Assembly: GCF_963506605.1 (NCBI RefSeq)
Contig: NC_083284.1
Location: 16,492,001 to 16,556,000, forward strand
Reading direction: 5' to 3'
Length of the DNA: 64,000 nucleotides
DNA from: Zootoca vivipara
Lineage: Eukaryota
A program made the translations under genes and the position numbers. The notes under the pieces were generated by a model, which did no database searches, was not told the origin of the DNA, and saw nothing but the letters and a program-made list of their open reading frames with translations. This document shows positions 63,711 through 64,000 of this stretch, piece after piece (position 1 is the first letter of the stretch; each line of letters starts with the position of its first letter).

Positions 63711-64000
63711 GTTTTTTGTAAATGTGGCAGGCAACTTGGGGGGTTGTGGAGGAGGGAGCCTGTTAAGACAGGTGCTGCCACTATTCAGCGAAGTCCAGCG
63801 AAGTGAATTTGACACTCTTCTCTCATAACACAAATGGCTACCCGATAAATCAGTGACAGAAACAACAGCCTCCTTGCCACCTGAACTCAGGAGTGAGCTT
63901 CACTGTGGTTAATTTTCAAAGCCAACTTCATGCCATAGTTTATGAAGCTGATTTGCTTCAACTAAATTTAGTTAAAGTTAAGTTCAAAAGCTTCAGAAAA

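Overview
Vertebrate, squamate (most likely lacertid lizard) genomic DNA, judged from its BovB, Sauria-type SINE, Ther1-derived SINE and hAT MITE content. The whole window appears to lie inside CCSER1 (FAM190A) on the + strand. Two coding exons are visible (18214-18307 and 42726-42846), with canonical splice sites and a continuous reading frame; the rest is intron. The introns hold a near full-length but inactivated BovB LINE with two nested insertions, L2/CR1/RTE 3' fragments, several SINE families, many hAT and Tigger-like MITEs, a solo LTR and microsatellites. The most unusual items are: a minimal hammerhead ribozyme in a Penelope-like remnant flanked by a 19-bp duplication; a 1.45-kb non-coding poly(A) retroelement with TSDs and tandem YY1-like modules; an 878-bp hAT element with heat-shock-element-like subterminal repeats; a 107-bp foreign filler inside BovB; and tRNA-Lys and tRNA-Ile SINE heads sharing one CR1 tail. 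I found no convincing novel protein-coding system. Family names come from recognition, not database searches.
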